Positions 56,158 through 64,000 of a stretch of 64,000 nucleotides of DNA are shown piece by piece. A model generated the notes under the pieces. The model did not search any database, was not told the DNA's origin, and saw only the letters and a list, made by a program, of their open reading frames with translations. The position numbers and the translations under genes are program-made. The stretch is from an uncultured Gammaproteobacteria bacterium (lineage in GTDB: Bacteria > Pseudomonadota > Gammaproteobacteria > Steroidobacterales > Rariloculaceae), in contig CAYXNS010000004.1 of the NCBI GenBank assembly GCA_964466315.1, forward strand, positions 5,767-69,766. Reading direction: 5' to 3'. How positions within the stretch are numbered: position 1 is the stretch's first letter; each line of letters starts with the position of its first letter.

Positions 56158-56240
56158 GTACGTCTAAGTGACGGTCTGCGGATCTCGGGGCAGGGTCGTG
56201 TCGAGCCTTAGGCTACGCTTTCGAAGTTGACTGTTGGCGA

Positions 56241-57077
56241 TTACTTCTCGACAGGAAAACCGACGATGCTGCCCCACTCGGTCCATGAACCATCGTAGAT
56301 GAACACGTTGCGGTAGCCGAGCACGAACGCCAGCGTGAACCAGGTCAACGTCGCCCGGTGGCTCAGTCTGCAGTAACAGGCGATCTCCTGGCCCTCGTCT
56401 TCGGTGACGCCTACCGCGGCCAGGATGGGCTTGAGTTCCTCCGCGCTCTTGAAAGTATCGTCGTCGTTGAGCAGGTTCCGGAAGAACAGGTGCCGTGCGC
56501 CCGGAATCCGGCCCTTGCGCTCCGCGCCGTGATCGAAATCGCCATATTCTTTGACGCGTTTGCCGCTGTACTCTTCGGGCGACCGCACGTCGAGCAGGAG
56601 GCGATCGGAATTGTCGAGATTGGCGAGGACATTGGCGCGCCCGATTCGCATCGAGGAGTCTCCCTCGTACGCTTTATATTCGACTGCGCTCGGAGACGGA
56701 ACATCGCGTGTCATCGGATGGCCGCCCTGAAGCCACTTCTTGCGGGCACCGTCGAGCAGCCTAATATCCCGATGTCCCGCCATCGTCAGAGCCCAGAACG
56801 CGTAGGTGCCGTACTGCACGGGATCGCCGTACAGAACCAGCGTCGAGTCGGGCGCGATGCCGACGCTTCCGAGACGTGCGGCCAGTTCGTCGGGCGTCAC
56901 GAGTTGACGGTCCGTTTTGTGCCAGCAAAGGCCCTTCCAGAACCACCCGAGAGCGCCGGGTACGTGGCCGGATGCATACACCTCGTTGGCCTCTGTCGCG
57001 CTCACTTCGACGATGCGGGTGTTCGAGTCGTCGAGGTGAGCTTCGAGCCATTCGGATGTCACTAGCGGTGTAGTCAT
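56241..57077 (-). CDS. Thiosulfate/3-mercaptopyruvate sulfurtransferase (tandem rhodanese domains)
   Basis: 278 aa with two rhodanese modules and active-site loop CYCRLSHRA. Confidence 0.85.
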   Translation of the reverse strand: MTTPLVTSEWLEAHLDDSNTRIVEVSATEANEVYASGHVPGALGWFWKGLCWHKTDRQLVTPDELAARLGSVGIAPDSTLVLYGDPVQYGTYAFWALTMAGHRDIRLLDGARKKWLQGGHPMTRDVPSPSAVEYKAYEGDSSMRIGRANVLANLDNSDRLLLDVRSPEEYSGKRVKEYGDFDHGAERKGRIPGARHLFFRNLLNDDDTFKSAEELKPILAAVGVTEDEGQEIACYCRLSHRATLTWFTLAFVLGYRNVFIYDGSWTEWGSIVGFPVEK

Positions 57078-57089
57078 CGGATTTCTCGT

Positions 57090-57866
57090 TTAGTGAGTCA
57101 TTGAGTAGATGACGTAGTTGGCCCCGAAACGATACGCGAGCGCGGTTAGGGGTTCAGGATAAAATGCGTCGTCTGCGTGCTCCCATGCGTCGCCGAGATC
57201 CATATTGAAATTAATGGCGACGAGCAAACGGCCTGTGTCGTCGTAGACACCTCGCCAGTGTGGGACAGTACTCTGAGGGTTCTCCCGGGTGATTCCATAC
57301 CGGATCGCCTGAGCGCCGGGAATTTGCACACGTTGATTTAAAGAGTAGAGGACGCTGAACACCTCGTCGTCGGCCGGGATTTCGACGATCTGGCGGTCCG
57401 GGAACACGCACCGTATCGACTCCGAGAATTGGATCCATTCGGACGGACCGTGAAAGTCGTCGACGATCAGAAATCCACCGCGTCGCAGAAACTCCCTGAG
57501 CCGGGAGGCCTCGTAGTCGCTGAGATGCCAGTAACCGACCTTGACGGCGTATAGCATCGGATGATCGAAGAGCGAGTCGTCACTCAGGTGAACCTGCCGG
57601 TTATCGGTTCCGGAGTCGATTCGCGTGATCCGGGTGACGCCCTGAACAAAATGAACTTCAGCGTCCGGCCAGTCGTGAAGCCACGGTTCCTGGTGGCCGC
57701 GGCCGGCACGTCCACCGTAGGCACCGAAGGCCATGCGCGCGAAATGAAACTCCGAATCGGTGATTGGTATGCGAGGCTCTTCAGCGCCAGTGGCAGTGAT
57801 CAGCTGCGTCGCGCAGGCGACAAACAGGGTGATATTCCGGCTCGAGATACGAGGACTTCGTGGCAT
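57090..57866 (-). CDS. DUF4159 domain-containing secreted protein
   Basis: FHFARMAF...WLHDWPDAEVHF..., LFDHPMLYAV.VGYWHLSDYEASRLREFLRRGGFLIVDDFHG matches my memory of the DUF4159 core. Confidence 0.6.
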   Translation of the reverse strand: MPRSPRISSRNITLFVACATQLITATGAEEPRIPITDSEFHFARMAFGAYGGRAGRGHQEPWLHDWPDAEVHFVQGVTRITRIDSGTDNRQVHLSDDSLFDHPMLYAVKVGYWHLSDYEASRLREFLRRGGFLIVDDFHGPSEWIQFSESIRCVFPDRQIVEIPADDEVFSVLYSLNQRVQIPGAQAIRYGITRENPQSTVPHWRGVYDDTGRLLVAINFNMDLGDAWEHADDAFYPEPLTALAYRFGANYVIYSMTH

Positions 57867-58030
57867 GGCGACGGTTAGTGTAGCGGATTCGAAACGCCGA
57901 CTCGCCGTCGTGCAGCACCCGGAAATACGGTTTCGATGCCAGACGCATCGAGCGTACTGGTAGCGCTTGACATGGCGGATGCTCTGTTCGACAGTCTGGG
58001 CTCAGGATCAAACAACAACAGGAGGGGGAC

Positions 58031-59500
58031 ATGCTCCCATCGACGTTCGTCAGAAGCCTGCTATCGGCCGCTTCCGCCGCCACGCCGTTAGCTCTCGCCA
58101 CGAGCGTCAACGCGCAGACGTCGGGTTACGACCCTTACCAGGAAGACGCACAAAATATGCAGCTCGTCGGATATAATGACCTGCAGGGGCGCAGTGCCTA
58201 CCAGCCCACGGTTCAGCAGCAGGGCGATCGCTGGATTGCCTACATCGGTCATCACAACGGCAGCGCCGAGAACCCACTCGCGGGCCGGGAAGAGAGCAAC
58301 GGGACCTCTATAGTCGACGTCACTGATCCCGCCAACCCACGATATATCCACCACATCCCGGGTACTGACGGAGATGGGGACGGCGAGAGCGAAGCGCAAA
58401 TGGTGCGCACCTGCGCAGGTAGTTCTCTGCCTGACGGCGTCAACGGCGCCTACTATCTGCTGCGTGCGGTAGGCCCTTTTGGGCATGAGGTCTGGGACGT
58501 GACCACGCCCGCAGAACCCGAGCTCGTTTCGTCGATGGAGGAGATGGGCCTCCGTGATACTCACAAGAATTGGTGGGAGTGCGAGACCGGTATCGCCTAT
58601 CTCGTCTCCGGTGTCGAGGGCTGGGCGCCGCGGCGCATGACTCAGGTTTACGATCTGTCCGATCCCGCCAACCCGCGGTTCATTCGCAACTTCGGCCTCC
58701 CGGGACAGCAGCCTGGTGAGCCGAATCACGAAGAGATGGCTAACTACGAGCTGCATGGTCCGATCGCCGTTGGTAACCGTATCTATTTCGGTTACGGCAC
58801 GTTCCTCAACGGCGTCATTCAAATCGTCGATCGGGATCGGCTGATACGCGGCAATCCCGCGGTAGCCGAGCCCTTCGAGCCGACGGATGAGAATCTGGAA
58901 TACCCGGTCATCACGACGATGTTCACGGGGCCGCGGCTCGGCGCGCATACGGCATTTCCGGTGCTCGGTATCGACGTGGACGAATTCGCGGATAACACCG
59001 AGGGCCGCACGCGCGACATGCTTCTTGTCGTAGGAGAATCACTGCGCAACGAGTGTCGTGAGAATCGGCAGATGATGTATATGGTGGACATCACGGACGA
59101 GACGCTGCCATGGCCGATCGGTAACTACCAGGTCCCCGAAGAGAGCGGTGACTTCTGCTCGCGAGGCGGGCGCTTCGGCACTCACTCGTCGAACGAGAAT
59201 ATGACGCCGATCTATTACAAGAACGTGGTGTTCCTCGCCTACTTCAATGGCGGCGTGCGCGCCGTCGACATCCGCGATCCCTGGGCGCCTAAGGAAATCG
59301 GCTACTACATTCCGCCGATCACCGAGGCGACGACGCAGCGTTGCGTTAACGTTGACGGCGTGGAGCAGTGCAAAACTGCTATCCAGACCAACAACCTCGA
59401 GGTTGATGATCGCGGGTATGTATTCGCAGTCGATCGGGCCAATACGGGACTCCATATCGTCGAGCTCACAGGTTCAGCACGCGACGTCGCCAACTTCTAG
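58031..59500 (+). CDS. Secreted beta-propeller protein with LVIVD-type repeats
   Basis: Signal peptide ...ATSVNA/QT. Recurrent motifs: SIVDVTDPANPRYIHHI, VYDLSDPANPRFIRNF, MYMVDITDETLPWPIG, VRAVDIRDPWAPKEIGYY, GLHIVELTG. Confidence 0.6.
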   Translation: MLPSTFVRSLLSAASAATPLALATSVNAQTSGYDPYQEDAQNMQLVGYNDLQGRSAYQPTVQQQGDRWIAYIGHHNGSAENPLAGREESNGTSIVDVTDPANPRYIHHIPGTDGDGDGESEAQMVRTCAGSSLPDGVNGAYYLLRAVGPFGHEVWDVTTPAEPELVSSMEEMGLRDTHKNWWECETGIAYLVSGVEGWAPRRMTQVYDLSDPANPRFIRNFGLPGQQPGEPNHEEMANYELHGPIAVGNRIYFGYGTFLNGVIQIVDRDRLIRGNPAVAEPFEPTDENLEYPVITTMFTGPRLGAHTAFPVLGIDVDEFADNTEGRTRDMLLVVGESLRNECRENRQMMYMVDITDETLPWPIGNYQVPEESGDFCSRGGRFGTHSSNENMTPIYYKNVVFLAYFNGGVRAVDIRDPWAPKEIGYYIPPITEATTQRCVNVDGVEQCKTAIQTNNLEVDDRGYVFAVDRANTGLHIVELTGSARDVANF

Positions 59501-59814
59501 TGAAACAACACGCGCATCTAAAAAATGTCTATGCCATCGCACTCCTCTTCTGGGGGAGTGCGATCCCGGCGACGGGCTGGTCGCATTGGGAAGGCTTCGA
59601 AGCTGCCGACCCAGCGACCCCCGCGGCGCTGCTGATATTCGACAGCGCTGTTACTCGTTACACGGCGCTCAATGCCGGGCCGCTGCCGTGGCGCGCGATC
59701 TTCGAGGGCGACTCGGGCACGGTCGATGGGACATCCGGGACGGTGGCTGGTGCCGACGCTCCTGCAAATCACGCGCGCGCTGCGCAGCAAACCAACGCTA
59801 CGACACAACAATGA
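59500..59814 (+). CDS. Small hypothetical protein (104 aa, hydrophobic N-terminus), translationally coupled on both sides
   Basis: The GTG start overlaps the TAG of the upstream gene by 1 nt, and its TGA overlaps the ATG of the TolC-like gene (ATGA). Third-position GC looks coding-like. I recognise no family. Confidence 0.45.
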   Translation: MKQHAHLKNVYAIALLFWGSAIPATGWSHWEGFEAADPATPAALLIFDSAVTRYTALNAGPLPWRAIFEGDSGTVDGTSGTVAGADAPANHARAAQQTNATTQQ

Positions 59815-61037
59815 ATCCGCGCGAGATCCGCGCCACCGTCTACGGCATCAGTTCGGCATGCTTCCTTGCAGTCATCGCCACCGCGGGCGGTTGTGCGGCC
59901 GGTCAGCCCATCGGCTCGGCCGCGATCACGGACGAGCCGCCTGAGCTGACTCCTGAGCAAGTCGCCTTGCTTGAGCACAGGACGCAGCGCGAGGAGGAGC
60001 TGCTTGCTGAACCGCTGACAGCGGAGTCGGCGGCAGAGCTCGCACTGTTGCATAACCCTGCCGTCGAGCGCGCACTCGAAACGCTCGGTATGCCCGGTTT
60101 CGACCGCTTGCAGCTCGCACATCTCGTCAATCCGGCGTTCAATCAAGGGCGGCCACCGAGAACCGTCGACACCCGGATAGAGCAGCCTCTGTCGGTCAAC
60201 CTCATGACCTGGTTAATCATCCCTGCGCTAGATCCGAGCGGAACGCTAGACGAGCGCAACGGGCGAGTACAGGCTGCGGACGAGATCGTCGCACTCTTGT
60301 TCCTGGCGCGGCGCGCCTGGGTCAGTGCGGTCACGGCGCGGCAGTCGGTGCGCTATTTCGAGGACGTGGTGGTGGCGGCCGAGGCCGGCCGGGGGATCCT
60401 GGAAAGCATGCGGCGGGTCGGTAACTCCACAGAGCTCGAGACGCTGCGCGCGCAGACTCTATATGCTGATGCCGTCGCCCACCTGACCACGGTACAGGTC
60501 GCGGCCGCGGTCGAGCGCGAACGGCTCGTGCAGACGCTCGGGCTCTGGGGTGAAATGGCCGAGCGCGTGCAGCTGCCCGGCCGGCTGCCCGATCTTCCGG
60601 CTGCACCGATCGGGGCCGACGGTCTCGAAGCGCGCGCGATTGCGCAACGCTTCGACGTCCAGGCGGGGCGGCTCGAGGGTCTGGCAGGCGAGGCTGGCGT
60701 TAACGCGCGGGCCGACGTGCGGACCGCGTGGCTCGCGTACCGTGGCGCCTACGGTCTTGCCCGGCATGCACGAGATGCGCTCGTGCCGCTCGCGAGCCGA
60801 GTCTCCGAGGAGCAGCTCAAGCTCTACAACGGCATGCTCGTCGGTGTGCTCGACCTCGTCGCCGACGCGACCGAACGGATCAACGCCGTCAATGCCGCGC
60901 TCGACACCGAGCGCGACTTCTGGTTCGCCCAGGTCGAGTTGCAGCGCGCCATGTCTGGTGTCGGCGTGCCGGCCGTGGCAGTTCAGCCGGGTATTCAGAG
61001 CGGTTTTCGCCCGGGGGCTGCCTATCATGTCCACTAG
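59811..61037 (+). CDS. TolC-family outer-membrane efflux lipoprotein
   Basis: Lipobox VIATAGGC, then OEP-type coiled repeats (LTAESAAELALLHNPAVERAL..., ...AAVERERLVQTLGL, ...LDTERDFWFAQVELQRAM). The track ORF 59247-61037 is over-extended. Confidence 0.75.
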   Translation: MNPREIRATVYGISSACFLAVIATAGGCAAGQPIGSAAITDEPPELTPEQVALLEHRTQREEELLAEPLTAESAAELALLHNPAVERALETLGMPGFDRLQLAHLVNPAFNQGRPPRTVDTRIEQPLSVNLMTWLIIPALDPSGTLDERNGRVQAADEIVALLFLARRAWVSAVTARQSVRYFEDVVVAAEAGRGILESMRRVGNSTELETLRAQTLYADAVAHLTTVQVAAAVERERLVQTLGLWGEMAERVQLPGRLPDLPAAPIGADGLEARAIAQRFDVQAGRLEGLAGEAGVNARADVRTAWLAYRGAYGLARHARDALVPLASRVSEEQLKLYNGMLVGVLDLVADATERINAVNAALDTERDFWFAQVELQRAMSGVGVPAVAVQPGIQSGFRPGAAYHVH

Positions 61038-61049
61038 GATGCATCTCTA

Positions 61050-62336
61050 ATGGTCTCGCGCCGCAGTTTTCTGACGCGCGCGGCCGGCGTGGTCTTGAGC
61101 GCAGGCGCCGTATCTCGTTCCGCGCTGGCGCAGGTTCCAGAGGCGCCGCTCACGGGCTCGCCCGCCACCCAGCCGCCGCCCGCGCCGGTCACCGGCCGGC
61201 CGTTCCAGCCCGTAGTGACACTCAACGGATGGTCGCTTCCTTGGCGCATGCAAGGCGATACTAAGGAGTTCCACCTTATCGCCGAGCCTGTCGAGCGCGA
61301 AATCGCGCCGGGAATGACGGCGCATCTGTGGGGTTACAACGGCCAGTCGCCGGGTCCGACGATCGAATGCGTCGAAGGCGATCGCGTACGTATCTTCGTG
61401 ACGAACAAGCTGCCCGAGTACACCACGGTCCACTGGCACGGCGTACACGTGCCGAACGGCGTGGACGGTGTCGCGGGACTCACGCAGCCGCCGATACAAC
61501 CGGGCGAGACCTGGGTGTACGAGTTCGATATGACTCGCGCGGGCACGTTCATCTATCACCCGCACGCGGACGGCCTCGTGCAGTTCGCAATGGGAATGAT
61601 GGGCACGATCATTGTGCATCCGCAGGACTTGAGCGACCGTGCCGTCGATCGCGACTTTGCATTTATCATGAATGCCTATCACATCGAGCCGGGCAGCTAC
61701 ACTCCCCGCGTCAACACGATGCTCGACTTCAATCTGTGGACCTTCAACAGCCGGGCATTCCCCGGCATCTCGCCCCTGATCGCACGCCAGGGTGACCGGG
61801 TCAGAATCCGGATCGGAAATCTCACAATGACCAATCACCCGATCCATATACACGGGCACTCGTTCGAGGTCACGTGCACCGACGGCGGCTGGGTACCGGA
61901 AACTGCGCGTTGGCCGGAGGCGACGGTCGATATCGGGGTTGGTCAAGTGCGGGCAATCGAGTTCACTGCCGATGCCCCCGGCGACTGGGCTTTACATTGC
62001 CACAAGATGCATCATGTCATGAACGCCATGGGCCACGATGTACCGACGTCGATCGGCGTCGACTTCGAGGAAGCCGCCGAGAAATTGCGCCGCTTGATCC
62101 CGCAGTACATGGTCATGGGTGATCGCGGTATGGCCGAGATGGCGTCCATACAGATGGAGTTGCCCGAGAATACGCTGCCCATGATGACGGGCTCGGGTCC
62201 GCACGGCCCGCTCGGGATGGGCGGTATGTTCACCGTGTTCAAGTCACGTGCCGAGCAGCCTCCCGGTGACTATAGCGACCCGGGATGGTATTCACCGCCG
62301 CCGGGAACCATGGCTTACCGTACGACCGACGGTTAG
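61050..62336 (+). CDS. Multicopper oxidase (CopA/CueO-like), Tat-exported
   Basis: Tat signal SRRSFLTRAAGVVLSAGAV. Copper sites TTVHWHGVHVP, YHPHADG, HPIHIHGHSF, HCHKMHHVMNAMG. Met-rich segment MVMGDRGMAEMASIQMELPENTLPMMTG...MGGM. Confidence 0.9.
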   Translation: MVSRRSFLTRAAGVVLSAGAVSRSALAQVPEAPLTGSPATQPPPAPVTGRPFQPVVTLNGWSLPWRMQGDTKEFHLIAEPVEREIAPGMTAHLWGYNGQSPGPTIECVEGDRVRIFVTNKLPEYTTVHWHGVHVPNGVDGVAGLTQPPIQPGETWVYEFDMTRAGTFIYHPHADGLVQFAMGMMGTIIVHPQDLSDRAVDRDFAFIMNAYHIEPGSYTPRVNTMLDFNLWTFNSRAFPGISPLIARQGDRVRIRIGNLTMTNHPIHIHGHSFEVTCTDGGWVPETARWPEATVDIGVGQVRAIEFTADAPGDWALHCHKMHHVMNAMGHDVPTSIGVDFEEAAEKLRRLIPQYMVMGDRGMAEMASIQMELPENTLPMMTGSGPHGPLGMGGMFTVFKSRAEQPPGDYSDPGWYSPPPGTMAYRTTDG

Positions 62337-63259
62337 AAAGCGACCTGGTCGCCGCCCTTGAGATCGAGCATCTGTCGTGCCTCGTCCGGGGTCGCTATCG
62401 TCAGCGATAGCCCGGCGATGACCTCGCGAATCATCATGACCTGTTCGATATTCGATTCGGCGAGCTTACCCGGGCCTGCCCAGAGTGAGTCCTCGAGGCC
62501 GACGCGGACGTTGGAGCCCATCGACGCTCCCATACTCGCGAGCCGGATTTGACTGCCGCCGGCGCCGAGGATCGACCATTGATAATCCCCGCCGAAGAGC
62601 CGGTCGGCCGTGCGGCGCATGTGTGCGAGATCCTCGGAGTGTGTGCCGATTCCGCCGAGGATGCCGAAGACGCTCTGTACGAACAGCGGCGGCTTGACCA
62701 TACCGCGATCCAGAAAATGTGCGAGGTTATATAGATGAGAGATGTCGTAGCACTCGAATTCGAAACGCGTACCGTTCTCTCCGCAGGTTGCGAGGATGCG
62801 CTCGATGTCGCCGAAAGTGTTTCGAAATACGAGGTCTCGGCTGTTCTCCAAGTGCTCCCGTTCCCAGCTATGCTTGAATGCTGTATTGCGTTTCAGCATC
62901 GGATACAGACCAAAGTTCATCGAACCCATATTCAGCGATGCGAGCTCGGGTTGCAGTTGCAGCGCCGGTCGCAGGCGCTCGTCCACCGTCATGTGCGGAC
63001 TGCCGCCGGTCGTGATGTTGATGACGGCGTCTGTGCGGGCTTTGATCTGCGGCAGGAATTGCCGAAAAACGTCCGGGTCTTGGGTCGGCCGGCCATCATC
63101 CGGGTCACGTGCGTGCAGATGGAGGACCGTCGCGCCGGCTTCGGCCGCGGCGATGGCCGCGGCCGCGATTTCTTCCGGCGTTACGGGAAGATAAGGTGAC
63201 ATCGACGGGGTATGGATCGCGCCCGTTGGCGCACAGGTAATGATGACTCTTCGAGCCAT
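62333..63259 (-). CDS. 3-keto-5-aminohexanoate cleavage enzyme family (BKACE/DUF849)
   Basis: VIITCAPTGAIHTPSMSPYLPVTPEEIA...LHLHARDP. Confidence 0.85.
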   Translation of the reverse strand: MARRVIITCAPTGAIHTPSMSPYLPVTPEEIAAAAIAAAEAGATVLHLHARDPDDGRPTQDPDVFRQFLPQIKARTDAVINITTGGSPHMTVDERLRPALQLQPELASLNMGSMNFGLYPMLKRNTAFKHSWEREHLENSRDLVFRNTFGDIERILATCGENGTRFEFECYDISHLYNLAHFLDRGMVKPPLFVQSVFGILGGIGTHSEDLAHMRRTADRLFGGDYQWSILGAGGSQIRLASMGASMGSNVRVGLEDSLWAGPGKLAESNIEQVMMIREVIAGLSLTIATPDEARQMLDLKGGDQVAF

Positions 63260-63261
63260 GT

Positions 63262-64000
63262 TCAGCCTCCGAACCGCGGTTCCGCGACACCGCGAACGCC
63301 CAAGCCAGTGATACGAAATAGGGCGCCGGCGCCGAACTGAGGCTTGAGATCTACCTCGAAGCGGTCGTGAACGGCCGGGTGTTTCACTCGCGCCATCGAC
63401 GTCACATAGATCTCGTCGAGGTTATCGCCGCCGAACATGACCGAGGTTACGTTGCGCACGGGCATACCGATCTTGCGCTCGACATTGCCGTCGGGATCGT
63501 AGCGAACGAGATCGCCCGAGATCAGCTCGGCGCTCCAGAGACAGCCTTCGGCGTCTATCGTCGAGCCGTCGGGGACGCCGTTCGACGATTTCGTGTCCGC
63601 GAAGACACGCTTGTTGGAAACGCTGCCGGCTTCGACGTCGTAATCGTAGGCCCAGAACTCGTCGACGAACGTGTCGGCGATGTAGAAGATCTTGTCGTCC
63701 GGGCTCCAGCACGGCCCATTCGAGCAGATGATCCCCGAATCGACTTTGGTGACGGAGAGGTCTGGATCCAGTCGCCACAGGCCGCAGACGGCGAGTTCCT
63801 CCTTGTCGTCCATGCCGCCGGCAAAAAATCGACCGCGGCGGTCGACCTTGCCGTCGTTGAGTCGCGTCCGGGGCTGGCCGGCATCGACGAGGCTGATAAG
63901 GTCGAGTTTCTCTGTGTCCGGGTCGAAGTAGTAGAAGCCGTCATCGAGAGCGAGGACGAGGTTGCCGTTTTCCCGTACCGCGAGTGCGCCGACGTCATGG
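63262..64000 (-). CDS. SMP-30/gluconolactonase/LRE family protein (3' part; gene continues past the right edge)
   Basis: The frame is open to position 64000: ...FYYFDPDTEKL...RLNDGKVDRRGRFFAGGMDD...PDGSTIDAEGCLWSA...VTSVMFGGDNLDEIYVTSM. The track Met at 63813 is internal. Confidence 0.85.
   Translation of the reverse strand, partial: HDVGALAVRENGNLVLALDDGFYYFDPDTEKLDLISLVDAGQPRTRLNDGKVDRRGRFFAGGMDDKEELAVCGLWRLDPDLSVTKVDSGIICSNGPCWSPDDKIFYIADTFVDEFWAYDYDVEAGSVSNKRVFADTKSSNGVPDGSTIDAEGCLWSAELISGDLVRYDPDGNVERKIGMPVRNVTSVMFGGDNLDEIYVTSMARVKHPAVHDRFEVDLKPQFGAGALFRITGLGVRGVAEPRFGG

Noticed and set aside
59247-61037. 596-aa ORF implying a much longer TolC-like protein overlapping the LVIVD gene.
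   Set aside because: The first 188 codons are Arg/Cys-rich nonsense overlapping two better frames. ATG 59811 is followed by a lipoprotein signal and gives a plausible start.
1-64000. Screen for CRISPR arrays, tRNA/rRNA genes, prophage, restriction-modification, toxin-antitoxin or other defence modules.
   Set aside because: I saw no spaced direct repeats, no tRNA-like T-arm/acceptor combinations in intergenic DNA, and no ORF with nuclease, methylase, integrase (other than xerD) or toxin signatures. This was a visual scan only; tRNAscan, minced and DefenseFinder would be decisive.

Overview
High-GC (by eye about 55-60%, not computed) chromosomal segment. Gene content and local synteny look gammaproteobacterial (glnS, xerD-dsbC, tesB, gpmA, folE, ubiX). 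The taxon is an inference only.

I support about 55 protein-coding genes, 1 riboswitch, 1 bidirectional terminator, a few short repeats and several gene or IS remnants. I found no rRNA, tRNA or CRISPR array.

Functional blocks:
- ECF-type transporter at the left edge.
- Molybdate uptake (modABC) plus a scattered but nearly complete molybdenum-cofactor pathway: moeA, moaA-C-D-E, MocA-like, moaB, xdhC.
- Four-gene block of signal-peptide proteins at 20.9-27.2 kb. It includes a metzincin-like protein whose catalytic Glu is replaced.
- A clear THI-box (TPP) riboswitch in front of a TonB-dependent receptor / thiamine-binding protein / PnuT / ThiK-like kinase operon (40.4-44.5 kb).
- Acetoacetyl-CoA synthetase and ETF-QO.
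- A translationally coupled LVIVD-propeller / small ORF / TolC-like / multicopper oxidase operon (58.0-62.3 kb).

The least expected signal is a high density of gene decay and IS debris:
- zapE with three in-frame stops.
- sulP with a large internal deletion.
- cfa cut at codon 127.
- A pilin cassette lacking its N-terminus.
- IS3-family debris at 27.2 kb and 56.0 kb. The terminal tips face each other and the two sites share a 31-nt repeat.

I saw no recognisable defence, toxin-antitoxin or phage system. All family assignments come from reading the translations, not from database searches.
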